Source: Antedon mediterranea (Eukaryota > Animalia > Echinodermata). From it: a stretch of 64,000 nt of DNA. The stretch's first letter is position 1. Every line of letters begins with the position of its first letter. The notes beneath the pieces are model-generated. The model did not search any database. It had not been told where the DNA came from and worked only from the letters and a program-made list of their open reading frames with translations. The stretch lies in contig NC_092671.1 in assembly GCF_964355755.1 (NCBI RefSeq), positions 16,120,001 to 16,184,000 of the forward strand. The letters run 5' to 3'. The position numbers and the translations under genes are program-made. Shown here in pieces: positions 53,501 to 64,000 of this stretch.

Positions 53501-56500
53501 TTTTTAAAATGGTTACAGAAAGCGTGTCTGTCGTCACCGTCCCTATTTTGCAGTTCAAAGGTTAGAAATATATTCCTATGTTTTATTACCTTGTAAAATA
53601 ATTCCATCTGGAAATCTGATTCGGATGAGGACGTACCGGTATCGTCTTAGTTGTTTCTTTAAGTCGGCTTCACGCATAGCTTTAGTTCTTAACATTGAGT
53701 TCATTTCCACTTCTTCAGCTCTATAAACACAAACATTGAAGTCTTCATACTAATAACTATTATATAACACCTAACTACGTTCCTGTCATTTGATTGGATG
53801 ATTATGGGTCACATGGCGTGCAATACTGAACATTATTTTAAAAAGTGCAATACCATTTCTAACGAATCTACTCAATAGACAGTGATATGAACAATAAACA
53901 TTAATTATTGTATGTTTTGTCTATTTTATAGTAATGTATTTATTTATCAATGCGTATTTTAAATGTTTTCTAACCATGCATCTGATTTTAAAATTGTTTG
54001 GAAAATTGGCCTCTGGGCCCTGATGACAATTTATATTAATAAACATATTTGAAATAAAAAAACATTTTTTTGTATGCTAAACATTTTTTTAAATTATATT
54101 CTCAATCTTTTAGTGTGAATTTGGATTTTAGGTAGTAAAGATTATATTAAATTTGTTGAAAGCCAAATTTTCTGTACAGTTTTTTGGGACATGCATATTA
54201 AGCTAGTAGCCCATTAACTGCCCATTCTAAAGAATAGACAATTTTCTGTCAAAGCCACAGATTGACCACATTTTGAACTGGTCATTAATTTTTTTTTATT
54301 CATAAAAAAGAAATCAATAAAATAATCTGTTTATAATCCACTGTCTTTACTTTTGTAGTGTCCTGGTAGATTAAAAACGATCTTAATCAACCCCACCCAG
54401 CCACACCCTGTTGAAATTGTCTACATCTTTTACATGCATTGCGTTTTACCTTAATTGTTGTTCTCGTTCAACTTCTTGTGAAGTTACATTATAGAAATCG
54501 GATGGCAAGTTGAAACGTAAAACACTATTATTTGGATGAAAAACCTTTATGTCACGATCTAAGGTCGGTTTTAATGGTTGTGTGTTGGCAAGAACATCAA
54601 AGTATGCTTTTAGTTGGTCTCGGTGTTGTTTTTTATCTTCATTGAGTACAAGGTAATATTCTTCTTGTTCTGAAAAAAAAAATTTTTTTTTAATGTATAA
54701 ATATAATTCATTTTTAGAGGTATTTCATTACTTATGTTTGCATCTCAAAATTGTTGAGTTGTTACTGAAAGGAAGACAAGATGACGTCAATAAAAATGTA
54801 CTCTTCATTTGATATATGGATAATGAACAATCAGTAAATAGACAAAATAAATAATACTAAATAAACAGTATTAATAACTTTGTGTATTTCTTTATACTGG
54901 TGGCCAGAGGGCCCAGTTATGATCAGTGGATGTGATGTACCAATACACCTGGGAAACCCCCTACTTGTATTGAAAGGTTCTGTGTGCACATGAGCTAGAT
55001 GTGTACACTGGACCTACAGTTTATAGTCCTTATCCGAGAAGACTTGTTCTTCCACCAGAACCATGGAGCGAGTAAGCTTTGAACCCTTGCCGATGTTATT
55101 ATGGCTATGTAATTACTGTTCCACTGTCTTAACCGCTTGGCCACTCACTCGCTCAAAAAATGCAATGTTAATATTTTTTATTAAACAATATTATTTATAA
55201 ACAAAATATAAATTTTAAATTTTACCATCTTGTTTTATCAATGATCTTTCGAATCCTATGGCTTGTAGAAATTCCTCAGCGCCCTCTATTGATCCTACTC
55301 GTTCCTGGAAGGCTTTGTTACCAAGACGTATTTTACTATACTTCTCCTCATTAGGATGAGCACACACATTATTAATATATCTAAGAATACCAACAATAAA
55401 AATTTATAGAATATGGGTATTAATAATTATTATATTTTATAAAACACCTCAGTAGATTCTTGTCATTTGATTGGAAGACTGTGGAGTACGTGATATTAAA
55501 TAAATGTTCTATTGCACTCTTAATTATGTCAAGAGTGCAATGTTGTTTTATGCTAGTACTGCAATTTTGCCACACATGCGACAGAGGATATCATGTTTGA
55601 TCAACCTGTATATGCGCGGTCTATATGTATACAAAATTGGAGCACAATCTGTTAAAAGTAGGTGTGTTATAAAACAAATTATGAATGTTTTATATTCGTG
55701 TCCAATGGAACAAATAATGTCATTTGGTGAATGATGAAAATTTGTTCTATTTTGATTTACACTCATAAACATCCATTATTTGTGTAATATTTATAAGATG
55801 CATGGAAAGAGGCTAAAGCTGTGTTTGGTGTTGGTTTCTTGAAAGAATATTTTGCATGATAATGCATATAACCTTATTACGATTGAAGTCTTACTTTTCT
55901 ATTGTGTTTACACAAACTTGTACTTTCTCTTTGTCTTTGTTTATTGTCTTCACCATAAAAGCAGATGCCTTGATAGGATCTACAGCCAAATGCTAAGAAT
56001 ACATAAAAAAATATTAAATTTCTTGTATATAACAAACAAAAGTTACAAGCTTGCTAAAAAGTCATCAAAATGAGATTCAAACCCAGCATGCAGACATCTT
56101 ACCATTAGAACACTGGGGTTTTCATGGTATGATTCAAATTTTATTAGGTACAGTACTGACTTTTTACCACCCTTGGGATGGTAGGTACAACAACAGTCGT
56201 TCTTCTGTGTATGCACAGAGATCAAATTGATATGCCCTCATCTTATAGTATTCACAAGGCAGGATCTCCAAACTGACACTTTTTTATATACATACATTAA
56301 CAGGTATAGAGAAATCTTTAATTAATTAATTTACAGTAAAGATTTAAGGAAATCTGTGAAAATAAAAAAAAAATACAATTGATAACTTACCATCAGAATA
56401 CATTCACGTATGTGTTCATCTAACTGACTTTTTGTTACCCGTTCAGTGCTAAGTGCACAGGTAAAGAACACGCCACTGACAGAGACAGGAGAATCACTAT

Positions 56501-58652
56501 CACAGAAGCCCTCAGGATCCTACAATGCAAAATATTAATAAAGAAACTATTATTTATATTCAAAAAAATATATTTACCATAATTATTAGATAACAGTAAT
56601 TATATGATGATTATTATTATTATCCAAATCTCTGGGCAATTAGGTGGCACCTATTAGCTAAATACATTAAATAGATGTACGTCAAGATTTGATGTTGGAG
56701 ATGATTGAAGTAGTTTAATCAAAATGTCTGTTTTGTTCCCATACACAGTTTGTTTAAATATGTGTACAATTTCGTATTCAGGTATATAAGGTATCACTGC
56801 AATTTAAACATTGATTTTTTAGTTACTAACATTTGAAGTCTGACTCTTTGTTGCTTTGGCAATTTCAGGCATGTTCACTATTCTTTCAGCTTGCTCTTTC
56901 TCTATTTGCCGTTGAGCTAAAATAAAAGAAGTGACTGTTTAAAATTCATCACAGTATGTATTATTTATGTTATGTTTTAATGCTCTGGTGCACTGTGAAA
57001 GCAGTTCTTTTCAAATAGAGCACTGCTAGTAGCAAATAATAATAATAATTTAAAAAATATAGTCTTGACTTATGGTGGGAACAATAGCACTTGTTTTCTG
57101 TAGATTGTTAGTGCCCAGTAAAGTAGGCCTATAATTTGGTCATTGGAAAAGGTGGTTTGAATGTCATGTTTTACCCTCTCTTTGGATAGCTTTCTTTTGC
57201 CGTGAATCTGTCTTTGGTTGCTCGAATCTAGCCATTGCAGCCATGCCAGCCATCTGAGCTCCTTCACTAGACACTTGCCTGGGTGCACTTTGAGGTCTGC
57301 TACTGCTAGAGCTGGCAGCTGCAGGACTGTGAAAAAAAAGGGTAAAACAGTTATTTTTCATATTATATATAGGCCTAGGACTAATTTTAAAAAGTTTGCT
57401 TTTCTAGTATTAGTACATATGTTATGCGCGATTTGAACGATTTGCGCAATTTGAAATTGCGCAAAAAAAATCCTTGCGCAATTTGAATTGAAACATGTGT
57501 TTCAAATTGCGCAAGCAACGTATTAAATTGCGCAAGTAATCTGCAAATTGCGCAAGGTTTTTCGACAGATTGTGAAATCATGCACACCCATATTTTTATA
57601 GTAATTTCTAAGAATGATTCAAAATTAAACATAAATATCGCATTTCCTTATTTTAGTAGTGCAAATATTGTTATAAGTTAGCATACCGTCGAAGAACCGA
57701 CGAAGGAAAACGAAGCGGTGGTGTTCCACCAGGCGGGCGCGGCGCGGGCGGCCGGCTATACTACTCTAGCCTAGCTAGGGTCTGGACTACTGATACTGAC
57801 TAGGTTACATGGCCTAGCTTAAACTAATATTAAAAACTTAAAAAGTGAGTATTAAACATTATCTTCATTGAAATGGTCTTATTTATATAATAAAATACTA
57901 AATTTTAAACTCCTCTGCCTAGGCCTAGCCTAGCCATGTATGGGAAAATTTACAGTTCGTTTTCAAATTGCGCAAAGGTGTCATATTGCGCAAGAACTAT
58001 CTTGCGCAATTTACAAATTGTGCAGCGCAATTTAAAATTGCGCAAAGATTTTCTTGCGCAATTTGAAATTGCGCAAGTTGATTGCGCAATTTCAAATTGC
58101 GCAAAAAAATCCTTGCGCAATTTTAAATTGCGCAAGAATTCTTTGCGCAATTTCAAATTGCGCAAGGATTTTTTTGCGCAATTTCAAATTGCGCAAATCG
58201 TTCAAATCGCGCATAACACATACAGTACGTAGATAGTTAGTGGGCTATCATCAATTAATAAACACATTTTTAGTCTTGATCAAGATTAAAAATGTATTTA
58301 TTAATTAAATTGATAGCCTACTTTTTTGTGTGTGCATTGGATTGCATTGTTAGCCTATATACATAAATAACCTGCCATACAATTCATTTTAGCTAGTGCT
58401 CTATTCCGTCTGGCTAGCCTTCTTTGGCCTACTACACTAGCCAGCCTAGCTAATTAGGTACCCTACTAGGTAGGCTAGCCTCACTCAGTCAGAGTATCTA
58501 GGGAAGGGTAGGCATAACCTAACGCAGGAATGACAATTGTACAAAGATACCTACGATGTAGGCCTCTCATCTGTAAGCTTATGACCATCACCAGCTTTTT
58601 TAAACTTGTGGTCAAGCTTTTTTTGTTCAAAAAACTGCCCGATTTTCTTCAT
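50510..58652 (-). CDS. UBXN6: UBX domain-containing protein 6 (UBXD1), p97/VCP cofactor with VIM, PUB and UBX domains
   Basis: 10 exons (minus): 58555-58652, 57175-57326, 56831-56916, 56391-56519, 55895-55992, 55226-55380, 54450-54669, 53590-53720, 51417-51562, 50510-50632. KFKKAGDGHKL N-terminus, AQMAGMAAMARF (VIM-like), PUB HPNEEKYSKIRLGNKAFQERV..EFLQAIGF, LPSDFYNVT, LRTKAMRE, UBX RIRFPDGIILQGTF, LAPAAMLHFQWD. Confidence 0.95.
51244..51396. mobile_element. MITE family A copy, about 20 nt from a UBXN6 donor
   Basis: TIRs as in family A. Confidence 0.8.
52068..52587. repeat. Minisatellite, 37-bp unit, about 14 copies, in a UBXN6 intron
   Basis: GAACCTAGGGATTGATATACAAAGAAYGAATGTTTAT head-to-tail, no spacers. 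Confidence 0.95.
52721..53248. mobile_element. Kolobok-like element (same TIR, different interior)
   Basis: AGATGTATTGTCCCTT / AAGGGACAATACATCT-TTAA. Confidence 0.65.
54890..55154 (-). mobile_element. Copy of the same Deu/Nin-like SINE
   Basis: Collinear with 32440-32728. Confidence 0.78.
57419..58220. mobile_element. Foldback element with TTGCGCAA-rich arms in UBXN6 intron 1
   Basis: TGTTATGCGCGATTTGAACGATTTGCGCAA...TTGCGCAAATCGTTCAAATCGCGCATAACA; about 20 TTGCGCAA palindromes. Confidence 0.85.
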
Positions 58653-58821
58653 TTTGCCTTTTAAAACAGAAATAAAGGGGGCCAAAAACCTTGATGAATG
58701 CAGAGTGTGAAATAAAATATAAATAATGAGCAGCGCCCTCATTTTACAATTATCTCCATAAACTTTATTTGAACAACGCTTTTCAGCTGCAGCTGACACA
58801 CATTCTATTATATGACGTTAA

Positions 58822-59108
58822 CCAAATTCCTTCACTTGCACTGCACTGCACTGCTGATGAAGGGCTAGTGTTGCCCGAAAGCTCTGCTAAATTTTCTGGC
58901 TGTTTTACTTCTCGTTTTGATTTAGCTTTATAAATTAATATATAAATCCAAAGGCAAATTACTGAAAAAATGACAATGCTGTGGGTATCAGTGGCTGGAT
59001 CTCAATGGAGATGCAAAATAAAAGCGAAAAGCTAAATAAAAACGAGAAGTAAAACAGCCAGAAAAGTTAGCAGAGCTTTCGGGCAACACTAGCCCTTTAT
59101 CAGTGCAA
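58822..59108. mobile_element. Inverted pair of Penelope-like pseudo-LTR copies, each with a hammerhead core
   Basis: Forward partial copy 58822-58928 (CTGATGA 58854-60, GAAA 58877-80) and reverse copy about 58940-59108 (core mutated to CTGATAA). Confidence 0.7.
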
Positions 59109-62100
59109 ATGATATATATTATAGAGCTCTATGCATTTACTAAAAACAATTGCAAAATAAATTACACCAAAACAATAAATTAAACCCAATAAAACGATTA
59201 GTAAGTACAGTAAGTTAATAATTAAAGAGCCAACCTGGAGAATTCATATATTGCATGAAACTTTTGGAAAACTGTATTAGTATTATATTAAATTGTATCA
59301 TAGATAAAAGTTTAAGTTTGGAGGTTAAACAGACGAAAAATCAGTTATAACAAATTCGAAATTATCTCAAGTCAGCGTGTATTGATAGATTTTTAACTAT
59401 TGTTAGTTGGTTATCAATTATGTGACCTTATGATTCCAAAAAGCCTAAGCCATAGTACTTGCTGTAAATTTTCGGATAGAATTATCGGACATTGGCCAAT
59501 AAAATTTAGTAATTTACGGTTAATTTATCATAAATATGTTTGCCTTGACAGGTTTTAAAAGGATTCCTTAACACAAAGGTTTCCACACTTGAATGCTGCG
59601 ATCTTTGTTTGCAACAATATGTTACGCTTGAAGAAATACGGTTAAGAGATATAAATGTATTACAATCATCCGTATGCCTCCATTCTACTAGTTTCAGTTC
59701 AGGACAATGACTATTAACCTTGCTGAACCTTGCAGTTTTTCAAAGCCTATGCTTACTTCGTTTTGGTAGTACCGGATTCTGGAATTTAACGTAGGCCTTA
59801 ATAATTAATAGCAAAAACAACATAGGCCAACAATGTGCTTATCGTTGAAGGTTTTAACTAACTGTATGTTCTTGTGTGTTGGAGATCTCTGGGCAATTAT
59901 ATGGAAGAGGATATCAAACGTCTTTGACTACTTTTCTTGTTTGGTGAGTATACATACCATTCATACTAGATCACATGACTAAAGACATTAAAAGTGTCGG
60001 GACATAACGGTATGTAGGAGGAACCGTCAATGAATTTTCCATATTCTTTAGTGACAACTGCATTCGTTGCCTTTGAATAGGAGAATTTAAGAGGAGGCGC
60101 AATTTTATAAATCCGGAAAACATTAATAATGTTGGTAGGCCGCTAAGTTTTATTTTTGTCGGATTTTAATTTCAGAAAGACAGTGCATCTTAAATAGCAT
60201 CTGATGTGTTTTCTTTACAGGTCCCAGATATCGAATAGCAATAGTAGAATGTCCAATCGGTGCAGTAAGACTATCTATTCACCTCGAACTGAGAAGAGGC
60301 ATGAAGACATTAGGATCGGATGTTACAGCACTGGAATGATGGTGGAATACCACGCGAGAGCCCGTGCTAAAATGTTTGCCGTGTTTGATATATAATGCCT
60401 TATTATAAAATTTAGAACTATTTATTTAATGTATTCAGTATTGGGCATTCTGAATAGCTTGACTCAATGAATGTGTATAGGCCTACGTTGCATTGGCTAT
60501 GGTTGACATTTAAGCATCGTCATCATCTCTCATGAAGGATTACAATCAGTCAGTGGCGGACTCAAAACATTAAAGAAGGGCGCATCATACCAACTGACGA
60601 AAATATAACACTTACTATATTAATCAAAAGGCAAATCACAGACAAAACGACACTTCTTTAGTTTCAGTTACTTGATCTTGAAGATACAAATAAAATGAAG
60701 CAAACAGCTAAATAAAATGTTGCACTCTCTTTCGGGTAACGCTACCCGTCTATCATTGTCAAGTAGAATTAACTTTTGCCTTTAAAGTAGTTGATGAAAT
60801 TGAATTGTTAATGAAAAGATTCCCCATCCGCCCTATCTCTCCATATTAGCCCACCCTAGGAAAAAATCAGCCGTCTTCCTAAGTAAAGTATGTAGGTCAT
60901 AATGTATAATATGTTTTAGGAGTTTTGTCAAAAATTATAAATGACTTAATTAATATTTATATAAAAAATTTAAGCCTAATATTGTGATACAGAATAAAAT
61001 GTGATTCATAAATACATTTTCTTAACGTATTATCTCTCTGAAGATAATTCAAGTATATTATTGGCATGTTTCTCCTCCATGTGAAAGGTGACTAGGACCT
61101 ATCGACTCAAATTGATGGTTATTCTGTACTAAATAATGATTTCTCATCCTTATTTTTCATATTATTAATGTATACAAAAAACATTTACAGGCACAGAACG
61201 TATTCTATAAACATCAGTTATCGATGGGTGGATTAAAAACGTTTCTGTTTTAATTTTATTATAAGTCGAGCACACACAGTGTGCTACATCTACATTCTGC
61301 ACCGCCAGTGTAGAACATTTAGCATCACAGCAGTTAGTTACCCAAATCCACTGTCATGACCGACAGTAGCTGGTACTAATTTACCGAACAATCAAATAGT
61401 AACATGTAATTAGCGAAAACAAATACTATATATAAATAATTCACGATTATTCGAAACTATATTTTATGTATAAGACATTTATTTATCATAATCCATATAC
61501 ATACTTTAATAATCCAATATAACATTTAATCTATATAATTAACTTAATCTTACACAATTGAATATATTGTATATCCATTAAATAACGACGAACGATCTAT
61601 CTGTTCAATTGTGATGTTTGTACGAGATACAGACTTCATACACCTATACTTAATTAATCGTTACCACTGTTGTCCTGTAGTGTAATGGCTTAATTACACT
61701 TGTAATTAAAACTAACAATGTTTTTAAATAATAATATATTTTAATAATTAGTATTTAGTCCAATTGCGCTTATTCCTTTTAACATGGTTTTTTTTTTTAA
61801 TTTATCATTTATTCCTGAACCTGAAACTTAGACCTTATTTGCATCAACTTCATAATCTATACAAAGCCTGACCTCATGAAATATTTTTGCAGTACATCAA
61901 CTATGAAGTCTTAATAGAACTAGGCGCGGCCTACGTACGTGGTGTACCGCAAACTACATTGATTTTCACTATTCACACAATAGTCCCAATATTAAAAAAA
62001 TCAACACATCCCATGTGTTTTTACATTATTTGGTTCATTTCATGAAGTCATGAAAACAATCATTTTGTGCAAATTTCTTTAAAAACAAATGCCTAATTAA

Positions 62101-62431
62101 AAAGTTAAATTGTTTGAGCTGCTGAGAGGTTGATGTTGGTTACAATGATATATCAAATATTCGTAAGTGCGTGACAAGCTTGTTCTACATGGAGGAGTTA
62201 TTAGAATACTATAACAGACTTCTTTGTAGTTATTTATAAAGGGTACCCCCAAATTTGATATTTCTATTGTTATAATATCACTTTCATGCTTGCTCTATTG
62301 TTATAAAATCAATCGTGACAACCACATTGTGAATAAAATGTGACGTTTTCTGACAATTAACAATAATGCTTAGTTAGACCACGAAGGAATTATATAAATA
62401 ATTCATTCATGTGTTTCCCTGCTGCCTGTAA

Positions 62432-62586
62432 TGCTCTGTCTACACTATCAAACTAGTTTGAATAAAGTGTTACATGTCCTAATATGGTAGGGATATTCCC
62501 AAATATGGTAATGATATGACATTATCATGTCCATATATGAACACATAACATTTTTGTTGTCACAGTTTGATAGTGTAGACAGAGCT
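62432..62586. mobile_element. MITE family A copy
   Basis: TIRs as in family A. Confidence 0.8.
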
Positions 62587-64000
62587 TAACTGGTGAGTTA
62601 TGTACTTGTTTTTGGTTGAAATAAAATTAATTAAAATACAACATATAATGTGAATAAATACATTTACAAAGGTTAATATTTAAATATATCTTATTTTGGG
62701 AGACTATTCAAATTTTACACAATGTAGTGAAGATTCACTGTACCATCACAATTAGGGCATTTTAACAAACAATTAGTTTCGCTTCAGCTAGACCAAATTA
62801 AATTTCCATTGATTTCTTTTTTCTTTTTATTATATCTATACAAAAAAAAATCTTCGTCTTATAATTAAATATAAGTACTGCATTACCATATTTTTGTTAT
62901 AAACTTTGCCTAAAGGTTACCCAATAGATGACAGAAAGTTGTGTTAGACATTTGGAGGCATAAGCCAGTTATACCATTGAGTAACTTTATAGTCATACAG
63001 AGCTTCCAAACCAACATACAGTACCCAGGTATGTATGCCTTTGAGGTGCAAGTTAGTCATATGAACTTAGGCTCCCCCAAATTCTTATATTTTGGTCTTT
63101 ATAAAAGTTAATAGAAATCTTCAATTGGTCTTTTTCTTTGGAAACACACATTATATCACTATATATTGACATTTAAAAACACAAGTTAAATCTAAAATAA
63201 TATTATTTCAACAACTGATATTAACAGTAGTGACACCATAACAGCTACATTTTAAATTTACAATATACAAATTAAAATCTATGATAAATATTATTACTAC
63301 CGCACATTCTTCTTAGATTATTGTTTTGAACATAAATTCTTCAAATTAATGTATTTTAACTTATCTATTATTAATATTTATTAACAATCAATGAGTTGGC
63401 TGTGAGCACCATTAGGTGTTACATAACATGTACCACGGAGAAATAAGCCATAGCTCTGTATACACTAAGTGTGTTGTGCCTAAAAATAGTATAGTAATAA
63501 TATGACATCATCATGTCCATATATTTTAGGCACATCACATTTTGTTGTCACATCAAGTTTGATAGTGTAGAGAGAGCTTTAAAAGAAATAAACATATTTC
63601 TCCATGCATCATACAAAGTTTTCCTAATAAACTGTTTTCAACCATAAATAAGTTCACCATTATCACAATACTTTAATTCTTGCAGTTCAACATTCTGATT
63701 TGTGCCTTATGTGTGCCTTTTGTAAATCTTTCTAGACCTCGAGTTATTTACTATATTACAAAATTGGTAGATTAGACTAATGTGGTCAATATCCTATAGA
63801 TGTGAGGAATATTAACAACATTGTTTTGATGTATTATTATCTCAAAACTGGACTTTCTGAAAATGGAAACTTTCCCAAATTAGGGTAAGGTCTTCCACAC
63901 TATTTAAAATTTATTCTGAAAACCATTCGAGAAAGTCTAAGTGCGTCCAGATTGAAGAATTTTAATCGTACATTATTTCTTTCTAAAAATCATTAAAATT

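Noticed and set aside
57936-58236. ORFs in the TTGCGCAA array
   Set aside because: Products of palindromic repeats, low complexity, open on both strands
60221-60410. Selenoprotein-type in-frame TGA (ALE*WWN)
   Set aside because: No recognisable selenoprotein motif or SECIS element visible
61000-64000. Additional gene at the right end
   Set aside because: No exon-like frames found; may be the 3' UTR of a gene outside the window

Overview
AT-rich (roughly 70% A+T) intron-containing animal DNA, probably from a marine invertebrate deuterostome (inference from gene content and repeats). I reconstructed four spliced genes by hand from GT-AG sites and reading-frame continuity: POFUT2 (+, 5' end outside the window, to 5843), an HDGFL2/LEDGF-like PWWP+IBD chromatin reader (-, 20185..9634), Rab27 (+, 38537..42575) and UBXN6 (-, 58652..50510). 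Introns and spacers are full of MITEs (PIF/Harbinger-, hAT-, Tc1/mariner- and Kolobok-like), tRNA-headed Deu/Nin-domain SINEs, LINE fragments and minisatellites. Main findings: (1) two homologous 67-nt POFUT2 exons that must be mutually exclusive, giving two enzyme variants; (2) minimal hammerhead ribozymes in Penelope-like ends, one sense in Rab27 intron 1 and an inverted pair just upstream of UBXN6; (3) a 218-bp tandem duplication that copies a splice acceptor inside the LEDGF/IBD domain; (4) about 20 TTGCGCAA palindromes in a foldback element in UBXN6 intron 1; (5) HDGFL2-UBXN6 linkage as in human. No database searches were run; family names come from recalled motifs.
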